A program made the position numbers and the translations under genes. Below, one piece after another: positions 16,646 to 25,491 of a stretch of 29,985 bases of DNA (its first letter is position 1; each line of letters starts with the position of its first letter). The notes beneath the pieces are model-generated. The model was not told the origin of the DNA. It did not search any database and saw only the letters and a list, made by a program, of their open reading frames with translations. The stretch comes from Candidatus Dormiibacterota bacterium (GTDB lineage Bacteria; Chloroflexota; Dormibacteria; Aeolococcales; Aeolococcaceae), in assembly GCA_027451645.1 (NCBI GenBank), contig DAIDIX010000002.1, positions 1 to 29,985 on the forward strand, written 5' to 3'.

Positions 16646-17778
16646 CAGAACGGATTCGCGTTACCGTCCTGGGAGTAACGGGCTCAATAGGGATGCAGAC
16701 CTGTGATGTCATGCGCCGCTATGCTGATCGCTTTGAACTCGTTGGAATGACGGCTTCCCAGTCACCGAAGATCCGGGAGCTGCAACGGGAATTCCCACAG
16801 GCGCGAGTTGCAACACATCACGAAGTCATGCCAGACATCCCTTCTGGAGCTGATGCTGTTGCCGAAGTTGCTGGTGCAGGGGCTGACATCGTTGTTGTGG
16901 CAATTCCCGGAATTGATGCACTGCGACCTGCCCTTGCAGCAATAGATGGAGGCTCCGACATTGCCCTTGCATCCAAGGAAGTGCTCGTGGTTGGCGGAGT
17001 GCATGTCATGGACCGTGCAGCAGATGCTGGTGTTGCGATCTACCCTGTTGACAGCGAGCACAGTGCCATTTGGCAATGCCTCCGTGGCGAGACCCGTGAA
17101 GATGTTGTCCGCATCATTCTCACAGCAAGTGGAGGAGCGTTTCGTGACTATTCTGCGGATCAGCTCGCAGCAGTCACTGTTGAGGATGCACTCCAGCATC
17201 CGACATGGAACATGGGGGTGAAGGTGACTGTGGATTCTGCTTCGATGATGAACAAGGCGCTTGAGATGATCGAGGCACATCACCTTTTTGCCATGCCCAT
17301 GGATGCGATCGATGTCGTCGTGCACAGGCAGAGCATTGACCATTCGATGGTGGAACTCGCAGATGGCGGGATTGTTGCTGCCCTTTCTGTTCCCGACATG
17401 CGCCTTCCCATCGCACTGGCCCTGAACCGGGGCCGGAGGCTTCCTGGCGTCATACCTCCAATCTCCTGGTCAGATGTCCCACTTCTCCAGTTCGAGCCGA
17501 TCGACACGAAACGCTACCCTGCAATTGAGCTTGCACGTCATGCAGGAAATGATCCGTCTGGTGGACGTGCATGTGTACTCAATGCAGCAAACGAGATTGC
17601 TGTGGACGCTTTCTGCTCCCGCGGACTGCGGTTTGTCGACATAGTGCCACTTGTTGAGAAGACTATCGAGAAGCTCGATGGGGAACATCCTGGAGGGATT
17701 GGGGATCTCGTGCAGCTTGATCATTCTGCACGGGAAGTTGCCCGCACGCTTGCCAGTGCAATGCATGGGGTAGGATGA
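16642..17778 (+). CDS. dxr: 1-deoxy-D-xylulose 5-phosphate reductoisomerase
   Basis: LGVTGSIG, LASKE, PVDSEHSAIWQ, LTASGGAF, HPTWNMGVKVTVDSASMMNKALE, NAANE. Confidence 0.97.
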   Translation: MTERIRVTVLGVTGSIGMQTCDVMRRYADRFELVGMTASQSPKIRELQREFPQARVATHHEVMPDIPSGADAVAEVAGAGADIVVVAIPGIDALRPALAAIDGGSDIALASKEVLVVGGVHVMDRAADAGVAIYPVDSEHSAIWQCLRGETREDVVRIILTASGGAFRDYSADQLAAVTVEDALQHPTWNMGVKVTVDSASMMNKALEMIEAHHLFAMPMDAIDVVVHRQSIDHSMVELADGGIVAALSVPDMRLPIALALNRGRRLPGVIPPISWSDVPLLQFEPIDTKRYPAIELARHAGNDPSGGRACVLNAANEIAVDAFCSRGLRFVDIVPLVEKTIEKLDGEHPGGIGDLVQLDHSAREVARTLASAMHGVG

Positions 17779-17782
17779 CACT

Positions 17783-19084
17783 GTGATTGGCTTTCTTTTC
17801 GGTCTTCTGGTCTTCATTGTCGTCATCTTTGCTGTCATCATCGTCCACGAGCTCGGTCATTTCGTGGTTGCGAAGCTGTCCGGCATCCGTGTAGATGAGT
17901 TCTCCTTTGGGTTTGGCTGGCGCATTGCATCGCGGAAGAAGGGGGAAACAGAGTACTCCATCCGTGCGATTCCAGCAGGCGGGTATGTCCGCATGGCAGG
18001 AATGCTCGGTCTTGAAGGTGAGGCTGATGCTGGCCCACGAAATTTCTATCGTGCAGCCTGGTGGAAGAGGGCACTTACCATTCTTGCTGGCATTGTCTCC
18101 AACTTCATTTTTGCTGGAGTCCTTTTTGCAATCGTGTTTGCTGTACCGATGAGTTCTGTCCTGCCAGCAGGCGAGCCGCTTGCAAATGCAGGATTTCACA
18201 ATGGAGATGTTGTTGTGGAAGCAGGAGGGATTGCTGTTCCATCAGGCTCGCTTCTTGCTGCTGCTGCTGCCATTCACAAGGCGACGATCCGTTCAGAGGG
18301 ATATCCGCTTCCTGTTGTCATGCGGACTGCAGCAGGAACGACAGTCCGAACGCACGTGACTCCAGAGCTTGTGCTGTATGTGGGCGTGACACAGCCAAAG
18401 TCATCACCACTGCTCAATGGTGGTGCATACGTCATTGATGCAGTCAATGGTGGTCCAGTTCCCAAGGGCAAACCGGAGGAAGTGCTTGGGAGTGGTGCTC
18501 CTGTAACAGTGGCAGTTCATGCGGAAGGGGCAACAGGAACACCTGGAGCAGATCACACCGTGACGATCTCGAAGGTGAAGGATGCAGGAAATACTCCGAT
18601 CGTCTCCGGGGAATATCGTGCAGCCTGGCGGATTGGCTATGAGGCTCCATTGCCTGGAGAGGCACTGCCGCTCGCAGTACGGGATGGGTTCGGTGCTGTT
18701 CCCCAGTACATCAGCACGACTATGGGACAGCTCTGGCACCTCATCTCCTCGAATCCTGGCGGGCTCAATGGGCCAAATGGACTTTCTGGGCCAGTGGGAA
18801 TCGCCATTGTGGGAGCACAGCAGGCAAAGGCAGGCTGGGTATCGTTCCTCGAGTTCGTTGCAGTCATCAGCACAAGCGTTGGCATCATGAATGTCCTCCC
18901 AGTCCCATTTCTTGATGGAGGAAAGTTCCTTCTTCTCCTCATTGAGGGTGTCCGCAGAAAGCGCATGCGGCCCGAACGTGAGGCAATCATTACGACAGTG
19001 GGTCTTGCCCTTCTCCTCATACTTGCGTTTTATGTCACGATTGGAGACATAGAGAAGATTCCACTGTTTCTCAAGGGGTCATAG
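17783..19084 (+). CDS. rseP: M50-family intramembrane zinc metalloprotease with PDZ region
   Basis: HELGH, EFSFGFG, IPAGGYVRM, SGPVGI, NVLPVPFLDGG. Confidence 0.92.
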   Translation: MIGFLFGLLVFIVVIFAVIIVHELGHFVVAKLSGIRVDEFSFGFGWRIASRKKGETEYSIRAIPAGGYVRMAGMLGLEGEADAGPRNFYRAAWWKRALTILAGIVSNFIFAGVLFAIVFAVPMSSVLPAGEPLANAGFHNGDVVVEAGGIAVPSGSLLAAAAAIHKATIRSEGYPLPVVMRTAAGTTVRTHVTPELVLYVGVTQPKSSPLLNGGAYVIDAVNGGPVPKGKPEEVLGSGAPVTVAVHAEGATGTPGADHTVTISKVKDAGNTPIVSGEYRAAWRIGYEAPLPGEALPLAVRDGFGAVPQYISTTMGQLWHLISSNPGGLNGPNGLSGPVGIAIVGAQQAKAGWVSFLEFVAVISTSVGIMNVLPVPFLDGGKFLLLLIEGVRRKRMRPEREAIITTVGLALLLILAFYVTIGDIEKIPLFLKGS

Positions 19085-20221
19085 ATGGGCAGCGAGCGAA
19101 GGGCAACAGTCCCGATCAATGTTGGCGGTGTCGTTGTTGGTGGTGCTGCACCAATCTCTGTGCAGTCGATGACGAAAACCCAGACTGAGGACGTTGCTGC
19201 AACTCTCCGGGAGATTGAGGCTGCAGCAGAGGCTGGAGCAGACATCATGCGTGTCACCTGTGACACGAAGGAGGCGGGAACTGCACTGCGGGAGATCGTG
19301 AAGGGCTCCCCACTTCCCCTTGTTGCGGACATTCACTATGATGCACCGCTTGCACTCATGGCCCTCGAGGCTGGAGTGGCATGTCTCAGGCTCAATCCGG
19401 GAAACATCACTGATGCGGAAAAGGTGAAGGACATTGCTGCCGAAGCGAAGGCACGTGGTGTGCCAATCCGCATTGGCGTGAACTCCGGCAGCATTCCAGG
19501 AAGAAAGGACATTGCCCGGGGCAGGGGTGAATCCATTGATGAGACTGTGGACAGGATGGTTGCTGCTGCTCTCCATCACATCAGGATTCTTGAGGAACTG
19601 GATTTTCGCGCAATCAAGGTATCCCTGAAGGCAAGTGATGTCCTCACGACAGTGCGGGCAAATCGTGCATTTGCTGCACTTGGCAACCGGTATCCGCTTC
19701 ACCTGGGGCTCACTGAGGCTGGACCACCAGAGACAGGAAGCATCAAGTCTGCAATGGCGCTTGGCATTCTTCTCGCAGAGGGCATTGGCGATACCATACG
19801 TGTATCGCTTGTTGCACCGCCTCCTGTCGAGGTGAAAGTCGGGAAGGAGATTCTTGCGAACCTCCAGCCTGCACAGAGCAGGCCGAATCTCATTGCCTGT
19901 CCAACATGTGGAAGGCTCGAGATCAACATGGTCCCCATGGTCGCACAGGTTGAGGCTGCTCTCCAGCGTGTGAAGAGACCGATAACGGTGTCAGTCATGG
20001 GGTGTGTCGTAAACGGTCCTGGAGAAGGCATGCATGCAGACATGGGCATTGCTGGTGGCCGCCAGAAGGGAATCTTCTACAAGCGGGGAAAGGTTGTGGC
20101 AACACTCCCAGAGGAGGAGCTTCTCGCAACGCTCCTCCATGAGCTTGAGACCATTGCAGATGAGGATGCAGCGCTCCTTGAGGCAGGCAAGCCGCTTCCA
20201 GTGGGTCTTGGAGAAGAGTAG
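19085..20221 (+). CDS. ispG: HMBPP synthase (GcpE)
   Basis: ISVQSMTKT, ADIHY, RLNPGN, RIGVNSGS, HLGLTEAG, CPTCGR, VMGCVVNGPGE. Confidence 0.97.
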   Translation: MGSERRATVPINVGGVVVGGAAPISVQSMTKTQTEDVAATLREIEAAAEAGADIMRVTCDTKEAGTALREIVKGSPLPLVADIHYDAPLALMALEAGVACLRLNPGNITDAEKVKDIAAEAKARGVPIRIGVNSGSIPGRKDIARGRGESIDETVDRMVAAALHHIRILEELDFRAIKVSLKASDVLTTVRANRAFAALGNRYPLHLGLTEAGPPETGSIKSAMALGILLAEGIGDTIRVSLVAPPPVEVKVGKEILANLQPAQSRPNLIACPTCGRLEINMVPMVAQVEAALQRVKRPITVSVMGCVVNGPGEGMHADMGIAGGRQKGIFYKRGKVVATLPEEELLATLLHELETIADEDAALLEAGKPLPVGLGEE

Positions 20222-20227
20222 CTTCAG

Positions 20228-20422
20228 ATGGTCTTCAACCGGTTCTTTGGCAGTTCACCGTGGACGTACATTGCTGGCATCATCGGTATTGTGGTGTACT
20301 TCCTTCCGACACTCATTGCAGTGCGAAGGCACAGATCCTGCCTTCTCGTGTTTCTCATCAACCTGTTCTTCGGTGTGTCCGTGATTGGATGGATCATTGC
20401 CCTCATCCTTGCAATCCGGTAG
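20228..20422 (+). CDS. Superinfection immunity protein (T4 Imm-like small membrane protein)
   Basis: YFLPTLIAVRRH...FLINLFFGVSVIGWIIALILA matches the Imm_superinfect pattern (YFLPxIIA..R....IF..NL..GWT.IGW..AL). Confidence 0.75.
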   Translation: MVFNRFFGSSPWTYIAGIIGIVVYFLPTLIAVRRHRSCLLVFLINLFFGVSVIGWIIALILAIR

Positions 20423-20428
20423 CACTGC

Positions 20429-21052
20429 TCATCCGAGAAGATGCATGACGAAGCTTCCAAGCAGTATGAGAAGAGTCCAGCCGAGTGCTCCAAGTCCCAG
20501 TCCAGCAAGCACGACGATCCGATCCCGGAGCAGGAGCCCGAGCGTCATGATGGTCGCTCCCATGGCAGGAAGTGTATCGAGTCCTGAAAATGGCGGAGCG
20601 AGAAAGGCTCCTGCAAGGAACAGGAGAAGAATCACGCCCACAGCAGACTGGACAGGCTGTCGTGCAAGGAATTTCGCAGAACGTGGCCGAGAGTGATGCT
20701 CGATCCATCGGATGATCCGGATTGTGCGTGGGAGCAGACGGTTCATGAATGTCGCTGAAAGCGTAATGCGCCGAATGCGGCCTGGAAGGAGTGCATGGGT
20801 TCTCCCTGTAATGAGCTGTATTGTGGGAATGACAGCAATGATCTCGAAGAGGTGGGTGAAACCTCCTGTAGGCAGTGGGAGGGCTGCAGGGAAGAGGAGC
20901 ATGCAGATGAGGATGAGAAGTCCTCGTTCCCCAAAGATGGATACAAGGTGATCGAGATCCTTGGGAATATCTGATGTTCTCCACAATTCAAGAGAAGTGC
21001 TCAGCGGCTCAGGTGACGGATCCATACTTTTCTTGTACCCGTCATGGGTCAT
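20429..21052 (-). CDS. exoD: ExoD-family exopolysaccharide biosynthesis membrane protein
   Basis: FGERGLLILICMLLFPAALPLP, QLITGR...LLPGRI, PRS, PFSGLDTLPAMGATIMTLGLLLRD. Confidence 0.85.
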   Translation of the reverse strand: MTHDGYKKSMDPSPEPLSTSLELWRTSDIPKDLDHLVSIFGERGLLILICMLLFPAALPLPTGGFTHLFEIIAVIPTIQLITGRTHALLPGRIRRITLSATFMNRLLPRTIRIIRWIEHHSRPRSAKFLARQPVQSAVGVILLLFLAGAFLAPPFSGLDTLPAMGATIMTLGLLLRDRIVVLAGLGLGALGWTLLILLGSFVMHLLG

Positions 21053-21208
21053 GGAGCATACGTGCGAGTTTGTGCAGTCGAGAACGCGTCAGCAGAGACA
21101 CATGTCCGTACCCTGCAAGCGTCAGCACAACATCATGAAAACGTGCAGTGCTGACAGGTGTACCCGGGAGAGTATGCGAACTCGAAGTCCGGGAGAGATG
21201 AAATGGTG

Positions 21209-22816
21209 TCAGACTTCTGAAGGTTTCGGGGATGATGATGCGAGCACAGCACGTGGTAGAGCAAATGTGGCAGCAAGTCCCAGCAGGATGAAGAGACCAG
21301 CGAGGAAGGCATCAAATTTCGCTGCATCAGTGACAGCCTGAGAGGCAGCAGCAATAATGGGACCACTTCCAGGATAGGCACGGAGTCCTGGAATGCCTGC
21401 ACCACCTGTAGCCTTGACCAGGGACACAATGCCATGGACTGCTGCCGGGGGAAGGGTATGGAGCTTCGAGAGCGCTGATGTCGTACGGTTTGCCAGGATG
21501 GTGAGGAACATTGTTCCAAGTATGGCAACACCGAATGCAGAACCGACCTGGCGGGCAGTGGACTGGATGCCGGACGCCTGGCCACTGTCCACAATGGGCA
21601 CATCCGTGAGAATGACACCAGTGAGCTGGGCAGATGCCATGCCCACTCCCAGGCCATAGATGAAGAGCCATGGAGCAAGTCCCCATCCTGTACTTGAAAC
21701 TGTGACCATGAGTCCGAGAAGACCAAGGCCGACAGCTTCAAGAAAGAGTCCAAGACGTGCAATATTCCGTGCGGAGAGTGACTTCGACAGTAGTGGCGTC
21801 ATGCCACCTGCAATGAAGGCGCCAATAGCGAGTGCAAGAAATACAAACCCAGTGCCAAGCGCACTGTACCTGAGTACGCCCTGGAGGAAGAGTGGCAGTA
21901 CAAAGAGGAGACCGAACTCTCCAAGCGAGACTACGAATGCTGCAAGGTTGCCGAATCCGAAGCTCCGGATACGGAAGAGACCAAGGTCCATGAGAACAGT
22001 CCTGTGTGCCGTGCGTCGAGCCATCTCCACAGCAAAAAAAACGATGAGCATGATGATTCCCGCGATGAAGATGAAGGGAATGATGGATATCCACATGGTT
22101 GGCCAGTGCCATCCAAATGCACTGAAAGTGCGCTCCTGTGTCCACCAGCCGTACTGGGCACTTTCGATGAGCGCGAACACAACCCCGCCAAGGCCGAGAA
22201 TGGAGAGGAGGTTGCCTGGGATATCGAAGCCGGGACGTGAAGCTGGATCTGATGTTTCCTCGATGAAGAAGAGGATGCCAATGACAATGAGGATTCCTAT
22301 GGGAACGTTGACAAGAAATGCCCAACGCCAGCTCACGTCAGTGGTGAGCCAACCTCCGAGGAGTGGTCCCACAGCTGCAAATCCTCCGATAGTGGATCCC
22401 CATACAGCAAATGCAATTGCCCTGCTTGAGCCTGTGAACAGGGCATTGACTGTTGAGAGGGTGGAAGGAAGGATCATGGCGCCACCAATGCCTTGAAGTG
22501 ACCGGGCAAGTATGAGGAGGCCCCCATTGGGTGCAATGGCAGCTAGGAGGCTCGAAAGCACAAACACGAGAGTTCCTGCAAGGAACAAGCGCTTTCGTCC
22601 CCATCTGTCGCCTGCACGTCCAGCGGAGATGAGAAGTGCTGCAAAGACGAGGGAGTAGATGGAGTTGAGCCATTCAGCCCCAGTGACACTGAGATGGATG
22701 TCACGGATGATCGTGGGGACTGCAACATTGACAATGGTTGCATCGACAATGATCATTGCAACACCCATCGAGATGAATGGAAGGGCAAGCCAGTGGGAGC
22801 GCGAAGGTGCTGTCAC
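21209..22816 (-). CDS. DHA2 (EmrB/QacA-type) 14-TMS MFS efflux transporter
   Basis: DATIVNVAVPTI, motif A GRAGDRWGRKR, ARSLQGIGGA, GPLLGGWL, WRWAFLVNVPIG, ASGIQSTARQVGSAFG. Confidence 0.93.
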   Translation of the reverse strand: MTAPSRSHWLALPFISMGVAMIIVDATIVNVAVPTIIRDIHLSVTGAEWLNSIYSLVFAALLISAGRAGDRWGRKRLFLAGTLVFVLSSLLAAIAPNGGLLILARSLQGIGGAMILPSTLSTVNALFTGSSRAIAFAVWGSTIGGFAAVGPLLGGWLTTDVSWRWAFLVNVPIGILIVIGILFFIEETSDPASRPGFDIPGNLLSILGLGGVVFALIESAQYGWWTQERTFSAFGWHWPTMWISIIPFIFIAGIIMLIVFFAVEMARRTAHRTVLMDLGLFRIRSFGFGNLAAFVVSLGEFGLLFVLPLFLQGVLRYSALGTGFVFLALAIGAFIAGGMTPLLSKSLSARNIARLGLFLEAVGLGLLGLMVTVSSTGWGLAPWLFIYGLGVGMASAQLTGVILTDVPIVDSGQASGIQSTARQVGSAFGVAILGTMFLTILANRTTSALSKLHTLPPAAVHGIVSLVKATGGAGIPGLRAYPGSGPIIAAASQAVTDAAKFDAFLAGLFILLGLAATFALPRAVLASSSPKPSEV

Positions 22817-22920
22817 AGTTCACTCCAGTATCTATTTATACCAATGATTCAATTATATGTGTATGGCGTATCGACAACGTGGATAGATGCAAAGTTATGC
22901 TATGCATTACAGTTCGAGGT

Positions 22921-23234
22921 ATGAATGCGGAACTGCTCAAGGGCCATCTCGATGGCCTCATCCTTTCCATACTCGCCAGGTCTCCAAGCCATGGCTATGC
23001 TGTGCTTGCTGAAGTGAAACGGCTGTCCGAGGCAATCTTCGACCTTCCTGAGGGGACAATCTATCCGGCACTCCATCGGCTCGAGCATGCAGGACTTGTA
23101 TCGAGTGAGTGGAGTGCTGGTGTGCCACACAGAAGGCGGTATATTCACTCACCCGGGAGGGAAAGCAGCGGCTTGAGCGGAGCAGGAAGGACTGGAAGCA
23201 GTTTCAGTCTGCAGTGGAGGCATTCTACGCATGA
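22921..23234 (+). pseudogene. PadR-family regulator with an apparent 1-nt deletion at about 23139 (pseudogene or sequencing error)
   Basis: LLKGHLDGLILSIL..HGY..EGTIYPALHRLE is the PadR wHTH. After RRR the canonical tail YSLTREGKQRLERSRKDWKQFQSAVEAFYA* lies in the -1 frame and stops at TGA 23232-34, overlapping the next ATG. Confidence 0.85.
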
Positions 23235-24121
23235 TTGACGAACTGGACACTGCACTGCGCGCACGGGGTGTGGGATGGCGTGCACGCTCACGGATCTGTG
23301 CTGAGTTCCAGGACCATCTGATGTCAGATCCGCACGCACAGTTGGGATCGCCCGAGGAGCTTGCAGCAGAGTTTGCAGAAGTGCTCGGAACGTCGCATGT
23401 GCGTACTGCAGTCATTGGCGGATGGGCAGCACTCGTTTGTGCAGCACTAACCTATGCTGCATTCGTCATTGGCATGATTCCCCACTCGCCTGGCAAGCTC
23501 CAGCAGGGAGTGCTTGCAAGCAAGCCCTTCCTTGTCCTGGGGAAGAGTGGACTGGCAGGAATGGCAGCAAGTGTTCTTCTTGTCCTGCTCCCGCAGATTG
23601 CGTTTGCATCAGGACTCCTCAGCATTCTTCACGCTATCCGTTCCCGTACGCGCTCCACGATCTCGGGAAGGGACCAGGTGATCATCAGGCGCCGCATGGC
23701 GATAGCCCTTGCAGCTGCAGCAGGAAGCATTGGAAGCTGTATTGCAGCTGGAATTCTAGTCGCGGGACGGCCATTTGGACTGAGTGCTGTACTTCCTGCT
23801 GTCACGATTCTCATGATTCTTGGTGCCTCACTCCTACTTTTCCGTGCTGCCCGGTACCGGTATCCTGGTGAGACGCTGCATTCAACGCTTGTTGATGATG
23901 TGTGCTGGATTGTACCAACGAGACTGCGGCCGAATGGCACGACTCTTTCAGGTCTTGTTGCAGTTTGGGCTGGTGTGATTGTTTCTCTCGGTGGTGCAGT
24001 TGCTGGAGATCCATATGATGGAGCACTCCGCAGTGTGGTGGAAGCGGCGTGCTGCTACAGCGGATACATGCTCCTTGGCAGGTACCTTGGCATCCGGAGC
24101 TCAACTGAAGAAGTTTCGTAG
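23231..24121 (+). CDS. Multi-pass membrane protein with N-terminal HAAS/permease-prefix-like domain
   Basis: IDELDTALR...RSRICAEFQDHL...LGSPEELAAEF followed by several hydrophobic segments. This is the usual partner gene of this PadR subtype. Confidence 0.7.
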   Translation: MIDELDTALRARGVGWRARSRICAEFQDHLMSDPHAQLGSPEELAAEFAEVLGTSHVRTAVIGGWAALVCAALTYAAFVIGMIPHSPGKLQQGVLASKPFLVLGKSGLAGMAASVLLVLLPQIAFASGLLSILHAIRSRTRSTISGRDQVIIRRRMAIALAAAAGSIGSCIAAGILVAGRPFGLSAVLPAVTILMILGASLLLFRAARYRYPGETLHSTLVDDVCWIVPTRLRPNGTTLSGLVAVWAGVIVSLGGAVAGDPYDGALRSVVEAACCYSGYMLLGRYLGIRSSTEEVS

Positions 24122-24353
24122 CCTAGCTGCCATCGTTCATGTGACGTAGAAGCTAATGCAATCACAAGAAAATGGAGCAATAAACTCTTGGATTTTCATG
24201 GGAAGCAGGAGCGTGAGGAAATGATATGCAGCAAAGAGATTTGCATACTGCTTCTCAGGGAACTTGCATTTCAAGTTGCGTGAATAGGAATGCCGTAGGG
24301 GACAATTACGTGCGCACCGGGATACCCGATGACTTGGAGCTTTGCCCTGGACG

Positions 24354-24427
24354 TACCCCCTGGAGGATTCGAACCTCCGACCAACTGCTTAGAAGGCAGC
24401 TGCTCTAATCCACTGAGCTAAGGGGGC
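24354..24427 (-). tRNA. tRNA-Arg(UCU), CCA not encoded
   Basis: Reverse complement GCCCCCTTAGCTCAGTGGATTAGAGCAGCTGCCTTCTAAGCAGTTGGTCGGAGGTTCGAATCCTCCAGGGGGTA folds into a cloverleaf with anticodon TCT. Confidence 0.95.
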
Positions 24428-24430
24428 GAG

Positions 24431-24508
24431 TGGGGTGGCCAGGGGGATTTGAACCCTCGACCTCCAGGGCCACAACCTGGCACTCTAACCAACTGAGCTA
24501 TGGCCACC
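24431..24508 (-). tRNA. tRNA-His(GUG), G-1 and CCA encoded
   Basis: Reverse complement G-GTGGCCATAGCTCAGTTGGTTAGAGTGCCAGGTTGTGGCCCTGGAGGTCGAGGGTTCAAATCCCCCTGGCCAC-C-CCA. Anticodon GTG, G-1:C73 pair, one A-C mismatch in the T stem. Confidence 0.95.
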
Positions 24509-24520
24509 ACACAGAACCCT

Positions 24521-24529
24521 ATTATGACA
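24521..24529 (-). promoter_or_regulatory. Extended -10 promoter for the tRNA pair (TGtCATAAT)
   Basis: TGn+CATAAT on the minus strand, 12 nt upstream of tRNA-His. Confidence 0.5.
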
Positions 24530-24564
24530 TCCTGCAGGGGTGCTGCATGCATGCGGAGCTGCTG

Positions 24565-25398
24565 TTACGTGACCTCCCAGAGGCCACGTTTGGCAAGGAC
24601 AGACCTCAGGAGAGCTGGAAAGTCAGTCATGATTCCATCAATCCCAAGGTCGAGGAGATGCTCCATCGATTGCGCGTCGTTGATGGTCCAAGCATGGACA
24701 GGAAGACTGCTTCTGTGAGCAGCCTCAATGAATGAGGGGGTCAGGATCGGGATGCCATAAAAGCTCATGGGAACCTGAATGCAGTCTGCATCATGATGGG
24801 CCATCCGGTGGAACAGAACGGAGCGGATCCTGGCATCAAGAACTGCCCTGGGTCCCATGGAGGTCGCAATGCGACCATGCGTATGGATCCGGAACCTGGC
24901 AAGCCTTGCATCATTGAAGGATCCAACGCAGATGCGCTCTTCAAGGTGGTGCGTACGGATAATGCGGATGAGAGGAACTATGCATGCATCATGCTTGAGA
25001 TCGAGATTGAACCTGCAGTCAGGGAAGGTGGTGACAAGTTCAACAAGGGTTGGAATGCCGAGCTCTCCAGTGCCACTGCTTTCGTGCGATGGGAGACCGG
25101 GTTCCGCAGGATCCCTGAGATGAAGGGATTGGAGTTCACGGTAGGTACAGTCCTGGATTGTTCCCGGAATGCCTGCAATGCGGTCGAGATGGTCATCATG
25201 GAAAGCAACCACAACACCATCACGTGTTGCATGGAGATCGGTTTCGAAGTAGCGGAACCCTGCATCATACGCGGCCTGGAAGGCAGGAATTGTGTTTTCC
25301 AGCGTCGTTTCGCTTCCACCACGATGGGCAAAGGGAAGGAAGGCGGTCTGACCGAAAAACGGCAACGTGCACTTGACCATATGTTCAGCGTACGGCAA
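24565..25398 (-). CDS. Glycerophosphodiester phosphodiesterase (GDPD family)
   Basis: FAHRGG..LENTIPAFQAA..GFRYFETDLH, VAFHD, NLDLK, VHAWTIND, GIDGIMTDFP. Confidence 0.92.
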   Translation of the reverse strand: MPYAEHMVKCTLPFFGQTAFLPFAHRGGSETTLENTIPAFQAAYDAGFRYFETDLHATRDGVVVAFHDDHLDRIAGIPGTIQDCTYRELQSLHLRDPAEPGLPSHESSGTGELGIPTLVELVTTFPDCRFNLDLKHDACIVPLIRIIRTHHLEERICVGSFNDARLARFRIHTHGRIATSMGPRAVLDARIRSVLFHRMAHHDADCIQVPMSFYGIPILTPSFIEAAHRSSLPVHAWTINDAQSMEHLLDLGIDGIMTDFPALLRSVLAKRGLWEVT

Positions 25399-25491
25399 TC
25401 CTCCCGTCTCTGCTCAGGCACATGGCCAATCCTCTGCGCTACGATGTTGTGGTCATATTGCATGGTCTTCTGATGTGTCAGGGAGGAACGG

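Noticed and set aside
20222-24353. Integrated element bounded by a duplicated tRNA-Arg 3' end (attL/attR)
   Set aside because: No second copy of the tRNA 3' end and no integrase were found by eye in the window.
24226-24735. ORFs 24226-24408 and 24430-24735
   Set aside because: They overlap the tRNA genes in antisense and have no protein-like features.
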